Source: an uncultured Gammaproteobacteria bacterium (lineage in GTDB: Bacteria > Pseudomonadota > Gammaproteobacteria > DRJJ01). From it: a DNA stretch of 64,000 nt. The stretch spans positions 141,779 to 205,778 of the forward strand of contig CAMYJU010000003.1 in the NCBI GenBank assembly GCA_947258795.1, written 5' to 3'. The notes beneath the pieces were generated by a model that worked only from the letters and a program-made list of their open reading frames with translations, searched no databases and had not been told where the DNA came from. The stretch's first letter is position 1. Every line of letters begins with the position of its first letter. Positions 37,468 through 48,341 of this stretch are shown one piece after another. Position numbers and translations under genes: made by a program.

Positions 37468-38181
37468 TCAATCGGGCACCTCAGCGCGCGCAATCGACCA
37501 GATTTCGACGTACTGTACGCCATTTTGCTTGAGCAGGGCGGCGAGTTCACGCATGGTCGATCCGGTTGTGATCACATCATCAACCAGGGCGACCCGCTCG
37601 GGAAGCCGCTGCGTGCTGTTGAGCTGAAACGCATGTCGCAGGTTACGCTTGCGTTGCTGCAGGTTCAGCCCGGTCTGTTTCGGGGTGTTGCGACATCGCT
37701 GCAGGCAGCCCTTGAGCAGCGGGATATCCAGCTGACGGCTGATCCGCCGCGCCAGCTCGGTGGCCTGGTTGAAACCGCGCAGGCGCTGGCGCCGGGGATG
37801 CAACGGTACCGGGATCAGCCCTTCTACATTGATGGGATGGTCGTTCACCCGCAGGGCCTCGCAGAAACGGTCGGCCAGCCAGTTGGACAGGTGCAGGCGA
37901 TGGCGGTATTTCAGGTCATGCAACAGCGCCTTGACCGGCGCCTGGTAGCGGAAAGCACTGAACGCGGCATCCTGGGCGGGCGGCTGACTGATGCACTGGC
38001 CGCAGAGTGTAGCGCTACTGTCCGGCAGGTGTATCGCGCAACAGCGGCAGCGGTGGACAGTCAGTGGCAGTGTTTCGCGGCAGGTCTGACACAGCATGTC
38101 CTGCCTGGCCTGATGGCCACATAACAGGCAAATAGCAGGGCTCAGGCGGGATCGGGCAATACTTATCCAGTTGTAAACCAT
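37468..38181 (-). CDS. comF: ComF-family protein (double zinc ribbon + phosphoribosyltransferase domain)
   Basis: N-terminal CxxC pairs (CLLCGHQ...CQTC...CRCC...CGQC), C-terminal PRTase motif VALVDDVITTGST. Confidence 0.85.
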   Translation of the reverse strand: MVYNWISIARSRLSPAICLLCGHQARQDMLCQTCRETLPLTVHRCRCCAIHLPDSSATLCGQCISQPPAQDAAFSAFRYQAPVKALLHDLKYRHRLHLSNWLADRFCEALRVNDHPINVEGLIPVPLHPRRQRLRGFNQATELARRISRQLDIPLLKGCLQRCRNTPKQTGLNLQQRKRNLRHAFQLNSTQRLPERVALVDDVITTGSTMRELAALLKQNGVQYVEIWSIARAEVPD

Positions 38182-38242
38182 ATTGAGTCCATTCCGGTTG
38201 ACAGGTATGATCCATTACCATTCTTTAAAATACTGCTGGAGC

Positions 38243-38683
38243 ATGCCTACCATGACGCAGCCAGGTCTTTCAGTCAATCAAGCAGAAACACAGACCCCAT
38301 CGGGCCCTGTGGTCACGGTAAGTGCACAATCGGCGCGTACGGCATCCCAACTGTTTAATTACGGTAATATCGCCGCGATTCTGGTGCCGTTGCCGCTGGG
38401 CCTGTTATGGGTAGTCGGCTCGATGATTATTTACGCGATGAACCGTCACCACCCGAATGAGCGGGTGGGCCATTACACCCAGCAGGCAGCCTATCGTTTT
38501 TATGGTATTACCGGTTTTTTCGTGGCTGCTGGCGCCTTTATCCCGGGTGATGGCTGGTTCTGGTACCTGGTGGCCTGGGGTCTAGCGGTGCTGGTGATCG
38601 TGCCGTGGTCGATCATGGATATTATGCGTATCCGGCGCGAGACCTGGCATGATGTAACTATTAACCCTGAGGAAGAAATATGA
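38243..38683 (+). CDS. Hypothetical three-TM membrane protein translationally coupled to bioB
   Basis: Hydrophobic helices; stop TGA 38681-38683 overlaps the bioB ATG at 38680. Start uncertain (38243 or 38252; the track gives 38183). Confidence 0.5.
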   Translation: MPTMTQPGLSVNQAETQTPSGPVVTVSAQSARTASQLFNYGNIAAILVPLPLGLLWVVGSMIIYAMNRHHPNERVGHYTQQAAYRFYGITGFFVAAGAFIPGDGWFWYLVAWGLAVLVIVPWSIMDIMRIRRETWHDVTINPEEEI

Positions 38684-39639
38684 ATAACAAAACGACTCTG
38701 CGTCATGACTGGCAGCGTGACCAGATCGAGGCGCTGTTCGAGCTACCGTTTAACGACCTGTTATTCAAGGCGCAGAGCGTGCACCGCCAGTATTTCGATC
38801 CGAACACGGTGCAGATCAGTACTCTGCTCAGTATCAAGACAGGCGGTTGTCCCGAGGATTGCGCCTATTGCTCGCAAAGCGCGCATTACAAAGTCGAACT
38901 GGAGCGCGAAAAACTGTTGCCGCTGGATCAGGTTCTTTCCGAAGCGCAAAAGGCCAGGGCTAACGGCGCGACCCGATTTTGTATGGGTGCTGCCTGGCGC
39001 AGCCCGCCCGGGCGGGATTTTCCGCAGGTGCTGGAAATGGTCGAACAGGTCAAGGCGCTGGGCATGGAAACCTGTATGACCCTGGGCATGCTCGACGATG
39101 AGCAAGCCGGCTTGCTCGGTGACGCGGGTCTGGATTATTACAACCACAACCTCGACACCTCGCCGGATTTTTATGGCGATATCATCACCACGCGCACCTA
39201 TGACGATCGCCTGGATACGCTTGGCCGGGTACGTGATGCCGGTATCAAGCTGTGTTGCGGTGGCATTGTCGGTCTCGGTGAATCGCGCCAGGACCGTGCC
39301 GGTCTGTTACAGCAGCTGGCCAACCTGCCTGAACATCCGGAAAGTGTACCGATCAACATGCTGGTCAAGGTCGAGGGCACACCACTGTCAAATGTTGCGT
39401 CCATCGATGCACTGGAGTTTGTGCGCACCATTGCGGTGGCACGCATATTGATGCCGGAATCGATGGTGCGCCTGTCTGCCGGGCGCACGGAGATGTCCGA
39501 TGAAACCCAGGCACTGTGTTTCTTTGCCGGAGCAAATTCGATCTTTTATGGCGAACACCTGCTCACCACCGATAATCCGGCTGCCAATCACGATCAGCTA
39601 TTATTCAGCAGCCTGGGCATCGAACCCATGTCGCTGTAA
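38680..39639 (+). CDS. bioB: Biotin synthase BioB
   Basis: Radical-SAM CxxxCxxC ([10 protein letters not shown]) and the conserved BioB C-terminal region. Confidence 0.95.
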   Translation: MNNKTTLRHDWQRDQIEALFELPFNDLLFKAQSVHRQYFDPNTVQISTLLSIKTGGCPEDCAYCSQSAHYKVELEREKLLPLDQVLSEAQKARANGATRFCMGAAWRSPPGRDFPQVLEMVEQVKALGMETCMTLGMLDDEQAGLLGDAGLDYYNHNLDTSPDFYGDIITTRTYDDRLDTLGRVRDAGIKLCCGGIVGLGESRQDRAGLLQQLANLPEHPESVPINMLVKVEGTPLSNVASIDALEFVRTIAVARILMPESMVRLSAGRTEMSDETQALCFFAGANSIFYGEHLLTTDNPAANHDQLLFSSLGIEPMSL

Positions 39640-39664
39640 GCACACCTGACCCGTCATATACACG

Positions 39665-40843
39665 ATGAGAGACCTGGCCGAGTTACTGGCGCAACGCCGA
39701 CAGCAACACCTGTACCGCTCGCGTGCGGTCGGCGCATCAGCGCAAGGCCCGGTGATAAGCCGGGACGGTCAGGAGCTGCTGAACTTTTGCAGTAATGACT
39801 ATCTCGGTCTGGCCGCGCATGCACAGGTCTGCGAGGCTATGCACCAGGGTATTGAGCGCTACGGTGCCGGGGCCGGTGCCGCGCACCTGGTCAACGGCCA
39901 CAGCGAGGCCCATCACCGCCTCGAGCAGGAACTGGCCGAATTTGTCGGTCGCCCACGCGCGCTGCTGTTCTCGACCGGTTATATGGCCAACCTGGGTGTG
40001 GTCTCGGCGCTGATGCAACGCGGCGATCGCATTCTGGCCGACCGGCGTAATCATGCATCACTGCTGGACGCGGCCTTGTTGTCCGGTGCGCGCCTGATCC
40101 GTTATGAACATGCCAATGCGGACCATGCCAGGCAGCGTCTCGAAAACACGCAAATGTCAGAAACCCTGATCATGACTGATGGTGTGTTCAGCATGGATGG
40201 TGATATTGCGCCGATACCGGAACTGGCCAGACTGGCACAGCAACACCAGGCCTGGCTGATGGTGGATGATGCCCACGGCATCGGTGTGCTTGGCGAACGC
40301 GGTGCCGGCACGCTGGAACATTTTGGTCTGGATATGCAGCAGGTGCCGATCCTGATGGGGACGCTGGGCAAGGCGCTGGGTGGCTTTGGTGCCTTTGTCG
40401 CCGGTAGTGAAGACCTGATCGAGACCCTGATCCAGTTTGCCAGAAGCTATATATATACCACCGCGACGCCACCGGCGGTTGCCGAGGCGGTGCGTGCGGC
40501 CCTGCGCGTGCTCCACGACGAGCCTGAACGTCGACAGCATCTTCATCGTCTGATTCGTTATCTTCGCGATGGCGCAGCACAGCGTGGCCTGGAGCTGGTC
40601 GACTCCAGCACCCCGATACAGCCATTGCGTGTCGGTGACAGTGAACGCGCCTCGCAACTGGCCGATGCGTTACTACAGCATGGTATCCAGATCAGCGCGA
40701 TACGGCCACCGACGGTTGCGGCCGGTGAGGCCTGTCTGCGGATCACCCTGAGTGCGGCACACACGACGGAACAGGTCGACCATTTGCTCGACACCCTGGC
40801 CAGTCTGCCAGGACTGACAGAGGTCAATGCGCATGTCGGATGA
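39665..40843 (+). CDS. bioF: 8-amino-7-oxononanoate synthase BioF
   Basis: PLP-dependent class-II aminotransferase fold ([17 protein letters not shown] with the PLP lysine); position in the bio operon. Confidence 0.9.
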   Translation: MRDLAELLAQRRQQHLYRSRAVGASAQGPVISRDGQELLNFCSNDYLGLAAHAQVCEAMHQGIERYGAGAGAAHLVNGHSEAHHRLEQELAEFVGRPRALLFSTGYMANLGVVSALMQRGDRILADRRNHASLLDAALLSGARLIRYEHANADHARQRLENTQMSETLIMTDGVFSMDGDIAPIPELARLAQQHQAWLMVDDAHGIGVLGERGAGTLEHFGLDMQQVPILMGTLGKALGGFGAFVAGSEDLIETLIQFARSYIYTTATPPAVAEAVRAALRVLHDEPERRQHLHRLIRYLRDGAAQRGLELVDSSTPIQPLRVGDSERASQLADALLQHGIQISAIRPPTVAAGEACLRITLSAAHTTEQVDHLLDTLASLPGLTEVNAHVG

Positions 40844-41624
40844 AAGGTCAGGTGCAATCCCGGTAGTCTGCCTGCATGGCTGGGCGATGTCTTCCGTGGT
40901 CTGGCAACCATTGTTAGACAAGCTGCCGCTACAGCGATCCGTATCCTGTCCTGATCTGCCCGGGCACGGACTGGCTGCACCGTTAGCGAACATGGATCTG
41001 GACAGTATTGCTGCGCACCTGGCCGCAGGCGTGAAACGTCCGGCAATATGGATAGGCTGGTCGCTGGGTGCGATTATCGCAGTGCATATTGCACGACGCT
41101 ACCCTGATAAGGTCAGCGGCTTGGTATTACTTGCCAATACACCGCGTTTTGTGGCTGACGAAGACTGGCCGTTTGCAGTCGATGAAAAGATATTCAGCGA
41201 TTTTGGTCACGACCTGGCGCAGGATTACGAGCGAACCTTGCGGCGCTTTATGGCCTTGCAGGTACTCGGTACCCGTGCCGGGAACAATATGAAAGCCTGT
41301 ATCAGGCAGTTGCAAAAACGGTTGACACCACCGGACCCGGCAGCGTTGGAACAGGGCCTAAATATCCTGTTGCACACCGATCAGCGTGACGACTATCGCC
41401 AGCTCGATATACCGGTCAGTTGCATACTGGGCGGCAAGGATACCCTGGTACCGGCGGCTGCGGCTAGCGCAATTGACAAGCTGAACGAGCGGATCGAGGT
41501 GCACTGTATCGATGATGCCGGGCATGCACCCTTGTTGTCGCATAGTGAACGGATTGCGCAACTGGTTGAGTCGATGTGTGAAGCGGGTGTTGATGTAAAC
41601 CGTACAGGGGCAGGGCATGGCTGA
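40827..41624 (+). CDS. bioH: Pimeloyl-ACP methyl ester esterase BioH (alpha/beta hydrolase)
   Basis: VVCLHGW start, nucleophile elbow GWSLG, catalytic His near the C-terminus (DDAGHAP). Overlaps bioF by 17 nt. Confidence 0.8.
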   Translation: MRMSDERSGAIPVVCLHGWAMSSVVWQPLLDKLPLQRSVSCPDLPGHGLAAPLANMDLDSIAAHLAAGVKRPAIWIGWSLGAIIAVHIARRYPDKVSGLVLLANTPRFVADEDWPFAVDEKIFSDFGHDLAQDYERTLRRFMALQVLGTRAGNNMKACIRQLQKRLTPPDPAALEQGLNILLHTDQRDDYRQLDIPVSCILGGKDTLVPAAAASAIDKLNERIEVHCIDDAGHAPLLSHSERIAQLVESMCEAGVDVNRTGAGHG

Positions 41625-42489
41625 TACAATGCAAGTCGATCGAAAACAGGTACAGCGCGCATTTGATCGCGCAGCGACCAGCTATGACCAGGTGGCAGTG
41701 TTGCAAAAGCGCGTGGCACAGCAGTTACTCGAAAGACTGGACTACATACGCCATGAACATGATGCGGTGCTGGACCTGGGTTGTGGTACCGGCCAGTTAA
41801 GTGCGGGTCTGCATAACAAGTTCCCGCTTGCTCAAATCAGTGCGGTTGATATATCGACGGCGATGCTGCGACAGGCGCAACAGCGCTATCGTAAACAGGC
41901 ACCGGTATGGCGCCGCTGGTTCGGTCGTAGCCGGCAGCCGCTGACGATCTGCGCCCAGGCTGAACTGCTGCCGTTACGCAGCAGCAGCTATGACAGTGTC
42001 CTGTCCAACCTGACCTTGCAGTGGTGTCCCGGCTTGATGCAGGTGTTTGGCGAATTACGACGCGTACTTAAACCGGGCGGCCTGCTGATGTTCTCGACCT
42101 TCGGCCCGGATACGCTGAAGGAGCTGCGTAACAGCTGGGCTGGCGTCGACAGCAATCCGCGCGTTAACGAGTTTCTGGATATGCACGATGTCGGTGATGC
42201 ATTGCTGGCATGCGGTTTCGAAAACCCGGTCATGGATATGGAACAGGTCACACTGACCTACACATCGGTGATGGACCTGATGCGGGACCTGCAGGGGCTG
42301 GGGGCCACCAATGCACATCCTCAGCGCATGCGGGGTCTGACCGGTAAACAGCAACTGGCCGCAATGATCGATGCATACGAGGCCTATCGTCAGCCGGATG
42401 GACTACCGGCCAGCTATGAAGTGGTGTTTGGTCATGCCTGGCTGCCTGAGGATGCTGACCAGACGGTGACGGTTGATTTCATCAAGTAG
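41617..42489 (+). CDS. bioC: Malonyl-ACP O-methyltransferase BioC
   Basis: SAM-methyltransferase motif I (VLDLGCGTG), operon context. Confidence 0.85.
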   Translation: MADTMQVDRKQVQRAFDRAATSYDQVAVLQKRVAQQLLERLDYIRHEHDAVLDLGCGTGQLSAGLHNKFPLAQISAVDISTAMLRQAQQRYRKQAPVWRRWFGRSRQPLTICAQAELLPLRSSSYDSVLSNLTLQWCPGLMQVFGELRRVLKPGGLLMFSTFGPDTLKELRNSWAGVDSNPRVNEFLDMHDVGDALLACGFENPVMDMEQVTLTYTSVMDLMRDLQGLGATNAHPQRMRGLTGKQQLAAMIDAYEAYRQPDGLPASYEVVFGHAWLPEDADQTVTVDFIK

Positions 42490-42499
42490 GGTTCCGGCA

Positions 42500-43186
42500 A
42501 TGACGCGCAGAATATTCATTACAGGTACCGATACCGGCATAGGCAAAACCCTGGTCGGTCAGTTACTGGTTGAGACGCTGGTCGAGCGCGGGCAACGTGT
42601 CGCGGTGATGAAACCGGTAGCAAGTGGTGCGACAGTGCAGCAGGGTGAGCTGCAAAATGAGGATGCACAAATCCTGCGCCAGGCATCGAATGTCGACGCG
42701 GCCTATGAACGGATTAACCCGTACTGTTTCGAACCGGCTATTGCACCACATATTGCCGCACACGAAGCCAAGGTCGATATTGATCTGCACAACATTGCTG
42801 AGCATGCGGCACAACTGTCCGGGCAAGCCGACTGGTTGATTGTCGAAGGTGTCGGCGGGGTGATGGTGCCGCTGGATCAGCAACACGATGTGCGTAATCT
42901 GATCGAAATCCTGGATTGTGAAGTACTGTTAGTGGTGGGCATGCGACTGGGCTGTATCAATCATGCACGCATGAGTGAGCAGGTGCTGCAAAACGCCGGC
43001 TTTGACTGTGTGGGCTGGATAGGTAATTGCATCGATAAAGATATGCTAAAACTACAGGAAAATCTGGATACCCTGCGTCGCAGTCTGGCCATGCCGGCAC
43101 TGGGGGTATTGCCATTTCTGGCTGCCAATACCGCTGAAATCCGGCCTGAGATGTCAAAAATAATCGAAAATATATTAGATAGTTAG
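42500..43186 (+). CDS. bioD: Dethiobiotin synthetase BioD
   Basis: P-loop FITGTDTGIGKT at the proposed ATG 42500; the track ORF starts at TTG 42473. Confidence 0.9.
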   Translation: MTRRIFITGTDTGIGKTLVGQLLVETLVERGQRVAVMKPVASGATVQQGELQNEDAQILRQASNVDAAYERINPYCFEPAIAPHIAAHEAKVDIDLHNIAEHAAQLSGQADWLIVEGVGGVMVPLDQQHDVRNLIEILDCEVLLVVGMRLGCINHARMSEQVLQNAGFDCVGWIGNCIDKDMLKLQENLDTLRRSLAMPALGVLPFLAANTAEIRPEMSKIIENILDS

Positions 43187-43189
43187 CAT

Positions 43190-43254
43190 ATTCAATAATA
43201 AAGCTTCTCTTAATAAATAATCTCGCGGTAATTTCAATTATTTTATTATTGAAT
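43190..43254. repeat. AT-rich 13-bp inverted repeat ATTCAATAATAAA / TTTATTATTGAAT (37-nt spacer) immediately after the bioD stop
   Basis: Arms at 43190-43202 and 43242-43254. The right arm overlaps a copy of the recurrent motif (43248-43259, GACTTATTCAAT on the minus strand). Confidence 0.4.
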
Positions 43255-43576
43255 AAGTCATAACTGACTAAAATACTTAGTATTAATAGACGTTTGATAT
43301 ATAAGGCTTTTAATAATTACAATATTATAACTATCTAATATTAAAACAATTATTGGCGCTATATCACGAATTTTTATTGCATTTGAATCCTTGACTACGT
43401 TACGATGCGGCGCAATGTCGCAGGGACCCTAGTGGGTAGCGAACCAGAAAAAACTCGTCAGGTATGACCAGAATTAAAAAAAGGCTGGCTGATAAGCACA
43501 TAACAGGACCAGTCTTGAGTAAATTTATAATTACAAATTGATGACTATAAAAACTGTTGCGAGGAGTGAGCACGTT

Positions 43577-44728
43577 ATGAAGTTACCCTTCGAGAGGAAG
43601 ACACACGCCATCAGTGCGTTTTTGCTGATGCTGGTGTCGGGGTCTGCTCTGGCCGATTACAAGCTTAATTTCCAGGAGCCTGTAAATCAGTTGGGGCAAG
43701 AGATCTTTGATTTACATATGTTGGTATTCTGGATTTGTGTAGGAATTGCGTTAGTTGTATTTTCCGTGATGTTCTACTCAATGATTGCACATCGTAAGTC
43801 CAAGGGTGCAGTTGCCGCAGACTTCCACGAAAATACCACGGTCGAGGTTATCTGGACCATTATCCCGTTTATTATTCTGATCTCGGTTGCAATCCCTGCA
43901 ACTTCAACACTGATCAAGATCGAAGACACCGGTGATGCCGATATCACTATCAAGGTTACCGGTCTGCAGTGGAAATGGAAATATGAATATGACGCGGATG
44001 GCACCCCGGTATCATTCATCAGCTCGTTACATCCTGATCATAACAAGGCGAGAGCGGTTGATTCCGGTATCGATGTCACCAAGATCGAAAACTATCTGCT
44101 TGAAGTTGACAACATGATGGTTGTTCCGGTGAACAAGAAGATCCGGCTGTTGGTAACCTCGGATGATGTGATTCACTCCTGGTGGGTACCGCAGTTCGCG
44201 ACAAAGAAAGATGCGATTCCGGGTTATGTAAATGAAACCTGGACCTCAGTCGACAAGCCAGGTATCTATCGCGGTCAATGTACAGAACTCTGCGGTAAGG
44301 ATCATGCCTTTATGCCGATCGTCGTCAAGGCAGTTGAGGAAAACGAATACAATGCCTGGTTGGCTGCGAAGAAGACGGAAGCAGTTGCAGCAGCGGCAGA
44401 GGCAGCGGCTGACAAGGTATGGAGCAAGGATGAACTGGTCGCCAGAGGCCAGGAGATCTATATGGGCAAGGGAGGTTGCTTTGGATGTCATGGTGCTAAC
44501 GGTGAAGGGGTGGCCACATTCCCGAAACTGGCTGGCAGTGCAATTACAATCGGACCGGATGCAGCCCATATCGACGTAGTCGTGAATGGCAAGCCTGGGA
44601 CCGCAATGGCGGCCTATGGCAACCAGCTTAATGATCTGGAGCTGGCAGCTGTGATCACTTATGAACGTAATGCATGGGGCAACGCTGCTTCCGTGGTTCA
44701 GCCAGCTGATATCAAAGCGGCACGCTGA
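43577..44728 (+). CDS. coxB: Cytochrome c oxidase subunit II with C-terminal cytochrome c domain (caa3-type)
   Basis: Signal/TM, CuA ligands (H...CTELCGKDHAFM), C-terminal CFGCHG heme c motif. ATG at 43577 with GAGGAG RBS. Confidence 0.9.
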   Translation: MKLPFERKTHAISAFLLMLVSGSALADYKLNFQEPVNQLGQEIFDLHMLVFWICVGIALVVFSVMFYSMIAHRKSKGAVAADFHENTTVEVIWTIIPFIILISVAIPATSTLIKIEDTGDADITIKVTGLQWKWKYEYDADGTPVSFISSLHPDHNKARAVDSGIDVTKIENYLLEVDNMMVVPVNKKIRLLVTSDDVIHSWWVPQFATKKDAIPGYVNETWTSVDKPGIYRGQCTELCGKDHAFMPIVVKAVEENEYNAWLAAKKTEAVAAAAEAAADKVWSKDELVARGQEIYMGKGGCFGCHGANGEGVATFPKLAGSAITIGPDAAHIDVVVNGKPGTAMAAYGNQLNDLELAAVITYERNAWGNAASVVQPADIKAAR

Positions 44729-44748
44729 AGTCGTTAGGAGAGAGATAA

Positions 44749-46332
44749 ATGACTGCAACAACACACGAAGAACATCACGACGAGATTCCAACCGGGATCA
44801 AACGCTGGCTGTTTACAACAAACCATAAGGACATTGGCACAATGTACCTGTGGTTCTCATTCATCATGTTACTGATTGGTGGCCTGTTCGCACTGGTTAT
44901 ACGTGCGGAACTGTTCCAGCCTGGCATGCAGGTGGTTGATCCTAACTTCTTCAACATGATGACCACGCTTCATGGACTGGTCATGGTATTTGGTGCCATC
45001 ATGCCGGCCTTTGTCGGTCTGGCAAACTGGCAAATACCGTTGATGGTCGGTGCACCTGATATGGCACTGCCACGTATGAATAACTGGAGCTTCTGGATAC
45101 TGCCTTTTGCCGGTTTCATGCTGCTTGCTCCAATGTTCGTTGGTGGTAACTTTGCTTCAGGTCAGGGTCCTGCATTTGGCTGGACATTCTACGAACCACT
45201 ATCAGGTCAGTATGACAAGCTGGTGTTCTTCGTATTCGCAGTTCACCTGCTGGGTTTCTCGTCTATCATGGGTTCGATCAACATCATCGCAACCATTTTA
45301 AACATGCGTGCCCCAGGCATGACATTGATGAAAATGCCGATGTTTGTATGGACCTGGCTGATCACCGCATTTCTGCTGATCGCGGTTATGCCTGTACTGG
45401 CTGGTGTAGTCACCATGATGCTGACTGACAAGTACTTCGGTACCAGCTTCTTTGATGCGGCCGGTGGTGGCGACCCGGTGCTGTTCCAGCACGTATTCTG
45501 GTTCTTCGGTCACCCGGAAGTGTACATCATGATCCTGCCTGCATTCGGTGTGGTCTCTGAAATCATTCCAACCTTCGCACGCAAGAAGCTGTTTGGCTAT
45601 GCCTCCATGGTTTACGCTACCGCTTCGATCGCCTTCCTGTCATTCATCGTATGGGCGCACCATATGTTTACAGTGGGTATGCCGGTCGCTGGTGAGTTGT
45701 ACTTCATGTACGCAACCGTACTGATCGCAGTACCGACCGGGGTCAAGGTGTTTAACTGGATATCCACCATGTATAGGGGTTCGATGACGTATGAAATCCC
45801 GATGTTGTGGGCCCTGTGTTTCGTGATTCTGTTTACGATCGGTGGTTTTTCAGGGTTGATGCTGGGTGTTGCACCGGCTGACTTCCAGTATCACGACACC
45901 TACTTTGTGGTAGCGCACTTCCACTACGTACTGGTATCCGGGTCCCTGTTTGGACTGTTTGCAGGGGTTTACTACTGGCTGCCGAAGTGGACCGGCAACA
46001 TGTATAGCAACGGCCTGGCTCAGTTGCATTTCTGGTTGTCTACGATTGCGATGAATCTTACCTTCTTCCCGATGCATTTCACCGGGCTGGCAGGTATGCC
46101 GCGTCGTTATGCAGACTATCCGTTACAGTTCACGGAGTTCAATGTAATGTCTTCGGTTGGCGCATTCATGTTCGGTTTCTCTCAGTTGATCTTCCTGTGG
46201 CTGGTCATCAAGACCATCAAGGGTGGAGAGAAGGCAACGGACAGGGTGTGGGAAGGCTCACATGGTCTGGAATGGACAATTCCTTCTCCAGCGCCATATC
46301 ATAGCTTTACAACCGCACCGGAAGTGAAGTAA
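44749..46332 (+). CDS. coxA: Cytochrome c oxidase subunit I (aa3-type)
   Basis: 12-TM heme-copper oxidase subunit I with canonical His ligands (e.g. HPEVYIMILP, WAHHMFT). Confidence 0.95.
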   Translation: MTATTHEEHHDEIPTGIKRWLFTTNHKDIGTMYLWFSFIMLLIGGLFALVIRAELFQPGMQVVDPNFFNMMTTLHGLVMVFGAIMPAFVGLANWQIPLMVGAPDMALPRMNNWSFWILPFAGFMLLAPMFVGGNFASGQGPAFGWTFYEPLSGQYDKLVFFVFAVHLLGFSSIMGSINIIATILNMRAPGMTLMKMPMFVWTWLITAFLLIAVMPVLAGVVTMMLTDKYFGTSFFDAAGGGDPVLFQHVFWFFGHPEVYIMILPAFGVVSEIIPTFARKKLFGYASMVYATASIAFLSFIVWAHHMFTVGMPVAGELYFMYATVLIAVPTGVKVFNWISTMYRGSMTYEIPMLWALCFVILFTIGGFSGLMLGVAPADFQYHDTYFVVAHFHYVLVSGSLFGLFAGVYYWLPKWTGNMYSNGLAQLHFWLSTIAMNLTFFPMHFTGLAGMPRRYADYPLQFTEFNVMSSVGAFMFGFSQLIFLWLVIKTIKGGEKATDRVWEGSHGLEWTIPSPAPYHSFTTAPEVK

Positions 46333-46390
46333 GGGAGATTATCAGGTGGGGTCTTGTACCCCACCGCTTCCTGAACAATGGTCCAGATGT

Positions 46391-46507
46391 ATGAATGAAG
46401 TAAGCCAAGAGCAGAAAGACAAGGCAAAACGCACCGCGCTGATACTTGCTATCCTGGCGGCATCATTTTTTATAAGCATTATTGTGATGACAGGGATGGG
46501 TGAATGA
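46391..46507 (+). CDS. Unannotated 38-aa single-TM protein between coxA and ctaG (MNEVSQEQKDKAKRTALILAILAASFFISIIVMTGMGE)
   Basis: ATG at 46391; stop TGA 46505-46507 overlaps the ctaG ATG at 46504. Below the track cut-off. Confidence 0.4.
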   Translation: MNEVSQEQKDKAKRTALILAILAASFFISIIVMTGMGE

Positions 46508-47064
46508 AAGACCTGACCAGTGCCAATCGCAGGGTGGTATTCAAGACGGTTGCCGTTACACTGATGATGTTTGGGTTTGGTTTTGCTCTAGTACCTTTGT
46601 ACTCACTGGTCTGTCAGGCATTTGGTCTGAATGGTCAGACCCAGCGTATTACAGAAACCACGCTACTACAGATGCCGGTCGACAAGACGCGCAAGATCAC
46701 GGTAAGAATGGACGCCAATACCAATACGCGTTTACCCTGGCAGTTTCAGGCAAATCAGCGTGAAGTGAGTATACATCCGGGTGAGATGACGCGCGTATCC
46801 TATAGCGCCCGTAACCTGTCAGGATCGGATGTAACCGGTCAGGCGATTTACAGCGTGACCCCGAACGAAGCGGCAATGTATTTCAAGAAAACAGACTGTT
46901 TCTGTTTCAAGCGGCAATTGCTGAAGTCGGGTGAGGAAAAAGAGATGCCGGTGGTGTTTGTGGTTGACAAGGATCTGCCTGCCGACATTACGAATATTGT
47001 TTTGTCCTATACATTTATGCGCGCTGACAAGTATGTCAGCAAGGGCGAAACGGCAACTAACTAG
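46504..47064 (+). CDS. ctaG: Cytochrome c oxidase assembly protein CtaG/Cox11
   Basis: TM anchor, then the conserved Cox11 CFCF copper-binding motif (KKTDCFCFKRQ). Confidence 0.85.
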   Translation: MKDLTSANRRVVFKTVAVTLMMFGFGFALVPLYSLVCQAFGLNGQTQRITETTLLQMPVDKTRKITVRMDANTNTRLPWQFQANQREVSIHPGEMTRVSYSARNLSGSDVTGQAIYSVTPNEAAMYFKKTDCFCFKRQLLKSGEEKEMPVVFVVDKDLPADITNIVLSYTFMRADKYVSKGETATN

Positions 47065-47114
47065 TAATTCAAGTAATAGCAAATATAAATATATAGAAAG
47101 AAGGAGAGGGGCAC

Positions 47115-47978
47115 ATGTCACAAGCAGCAGGTGGATATTATCTACCAGAACCGAGCAAATGGCCGATTATTGGCTCCATTGGTCTGTTCCTGATGACAGG
47201 CGGATTTGGCCTGTATCTGATGGGTATGAGCATGATCACGATGTACATTGGCATGGCAGTACTGGTTTACATGCTGTTTGGCTGGTTCGGTACGGTGATC
47301 AAAGAAAGTGAAGGCGGTCTGTACAATGACCAGGTTGATATGTCCTTCCGCATGAGTATGGGTTGGTTCATATTCTCGGAAGTGATGTTCTTTGCGGCCT
47401 TTTTCGGCGCACTTTACTACATCCGCGTATTTGCCGATCCATGGCTTGGTGGAGCAGGCAACAACCTGATGACACACGACTGGTTATATCCAGAGTACAC
47501 TTCGACCTGGCCAACCAATGGTCCTGGTAACGTCGGTGGTGACTTCCAGACTATGGGTGCATGGGGTATCCCCGCAATCAACACTCTGATCCTGTTAACT
47601 TCAGGTGCGACCGTTACCTGGGCGCACTGGGGTCTGAAGAAGGATAACCGTTCTCAGCTTATACTGGGTTTGTTCCTGACCGTCGCACTAGGCTTCCTGT
47701 TCGTTGGTTTTCAGGCCTATGAGTATATTCATGCCTACAACGACTTGAACCTGAAACTGACCTCTGGCGTGTATGGTTCTACATTCTATATGTTGACCGG
47801 CTTCCATGGCCTGCATGTGACCATCGGTGCGATCATGTTGCTGGTCATGCTGTTCCGCAGCATGAAGGGACATTTCACGCATGAGAATCATTTTGCATTT
47901 GAGGCGGCGGCCTGGTACTGGCACTTCGTTGATGTAGTCTGGCTGGGTCTGTTTATCTTTGTCTACTGGCTTGTATAA
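47115..47978 (+). CDS. coxC: Cytochrome c oxidase subunit III
   Basis: Seven-TM subunit III pattern (HHFTHENHFAFEAAAWYWHFVDVVWL). Confidence 0.9.
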   Translation: MSQAAGGYYLPEPSKWPIIGSIGLFLMTGGFGLYLMGMSMITMYIGMAVLVYMLFGWFGTVIKESEGGLYNDQVDMSFRMSMGWFIFSEVMFFAAFFGALYYIRVFADPWLGGAGNNLMTHDWLYPEYTSTWPTNGPGNVGGDFQTMGAWGIPAINTLILLTSGATVTWAHWGLKKDNRSQLILGLFLTVALGFLFVGFQAYEYIHAYNDLNLKLTSGVYGSTFYMLTGFHGLHVTIGAIMLLVMLFRSMKGHFTHENHFAFEAAAWYWHFVDVVWLGLFIFVYWLV

Positions 47979-47997
47979 CAGCCGGCATCATGGCGAG

Positions 47998-48027
47998 AAA
48001 GCGCCGCTCTAGCGGCGCTTTTTTTTT
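47998..48027 (+). terminator. Intrinsic terminator after coxC (AAAGCGCCGC-tcta-GCGGCGCTTT + T9)
   Basis: 10-bp GC stem followed by TTTTTTTTT. Confidence 0.7.
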
Positions 48028-48098
48028 ACACATGGATGTGTTTATGCCGCGGAGGCCAAGCTAAGTACAGGTTTGCTATAGCAACAACAAACCGCTAG

Positions 48099-48305
48099 CT
48101 ACCCCATCACCCCATGTGGCTCGATCAGGCCAACCTGGGCACCGACGAGCAGCAGGACAAACAGGAACAGAGAAATACCGATACGCCAGGTCAATGCACG
48201 CACTACGCGGTCGCTCTGGCCCTTGTCTTTCATCATATAATAGAGACCAGAACCGAGCGAAAACACGACACTGGCCAGAAACAGGACAACGAGTAATTTA
48301 AACAT
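48099..48305 (-). CDS. Twin-TM-helix small protein (DUF2909-like) common in cox clusters
   Basis: 68 aa with two hydrophobic helices, convergent with coxC. Confidence 0.55.
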   Translation of the reverse strand: MFKLLVVLFLASVVFSLGSGLYYMMKDKGQSDRVVRALTWRIGISLFLFVLLLVGAQVGLIEPHGVMG

Positions 48306-48341
48306 CTGTAGTACCGATAGTAGCTGAACTTATATATTACC

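Noticed and set aside
40157-41046. Minus-strand ORFs of 145-166 aa inside bioF/bioH
   Set aside because: They are antisense to well-supported bio genes and have an Arg/Ala/Pro-rich composition typical of GC-rich shadow frames.
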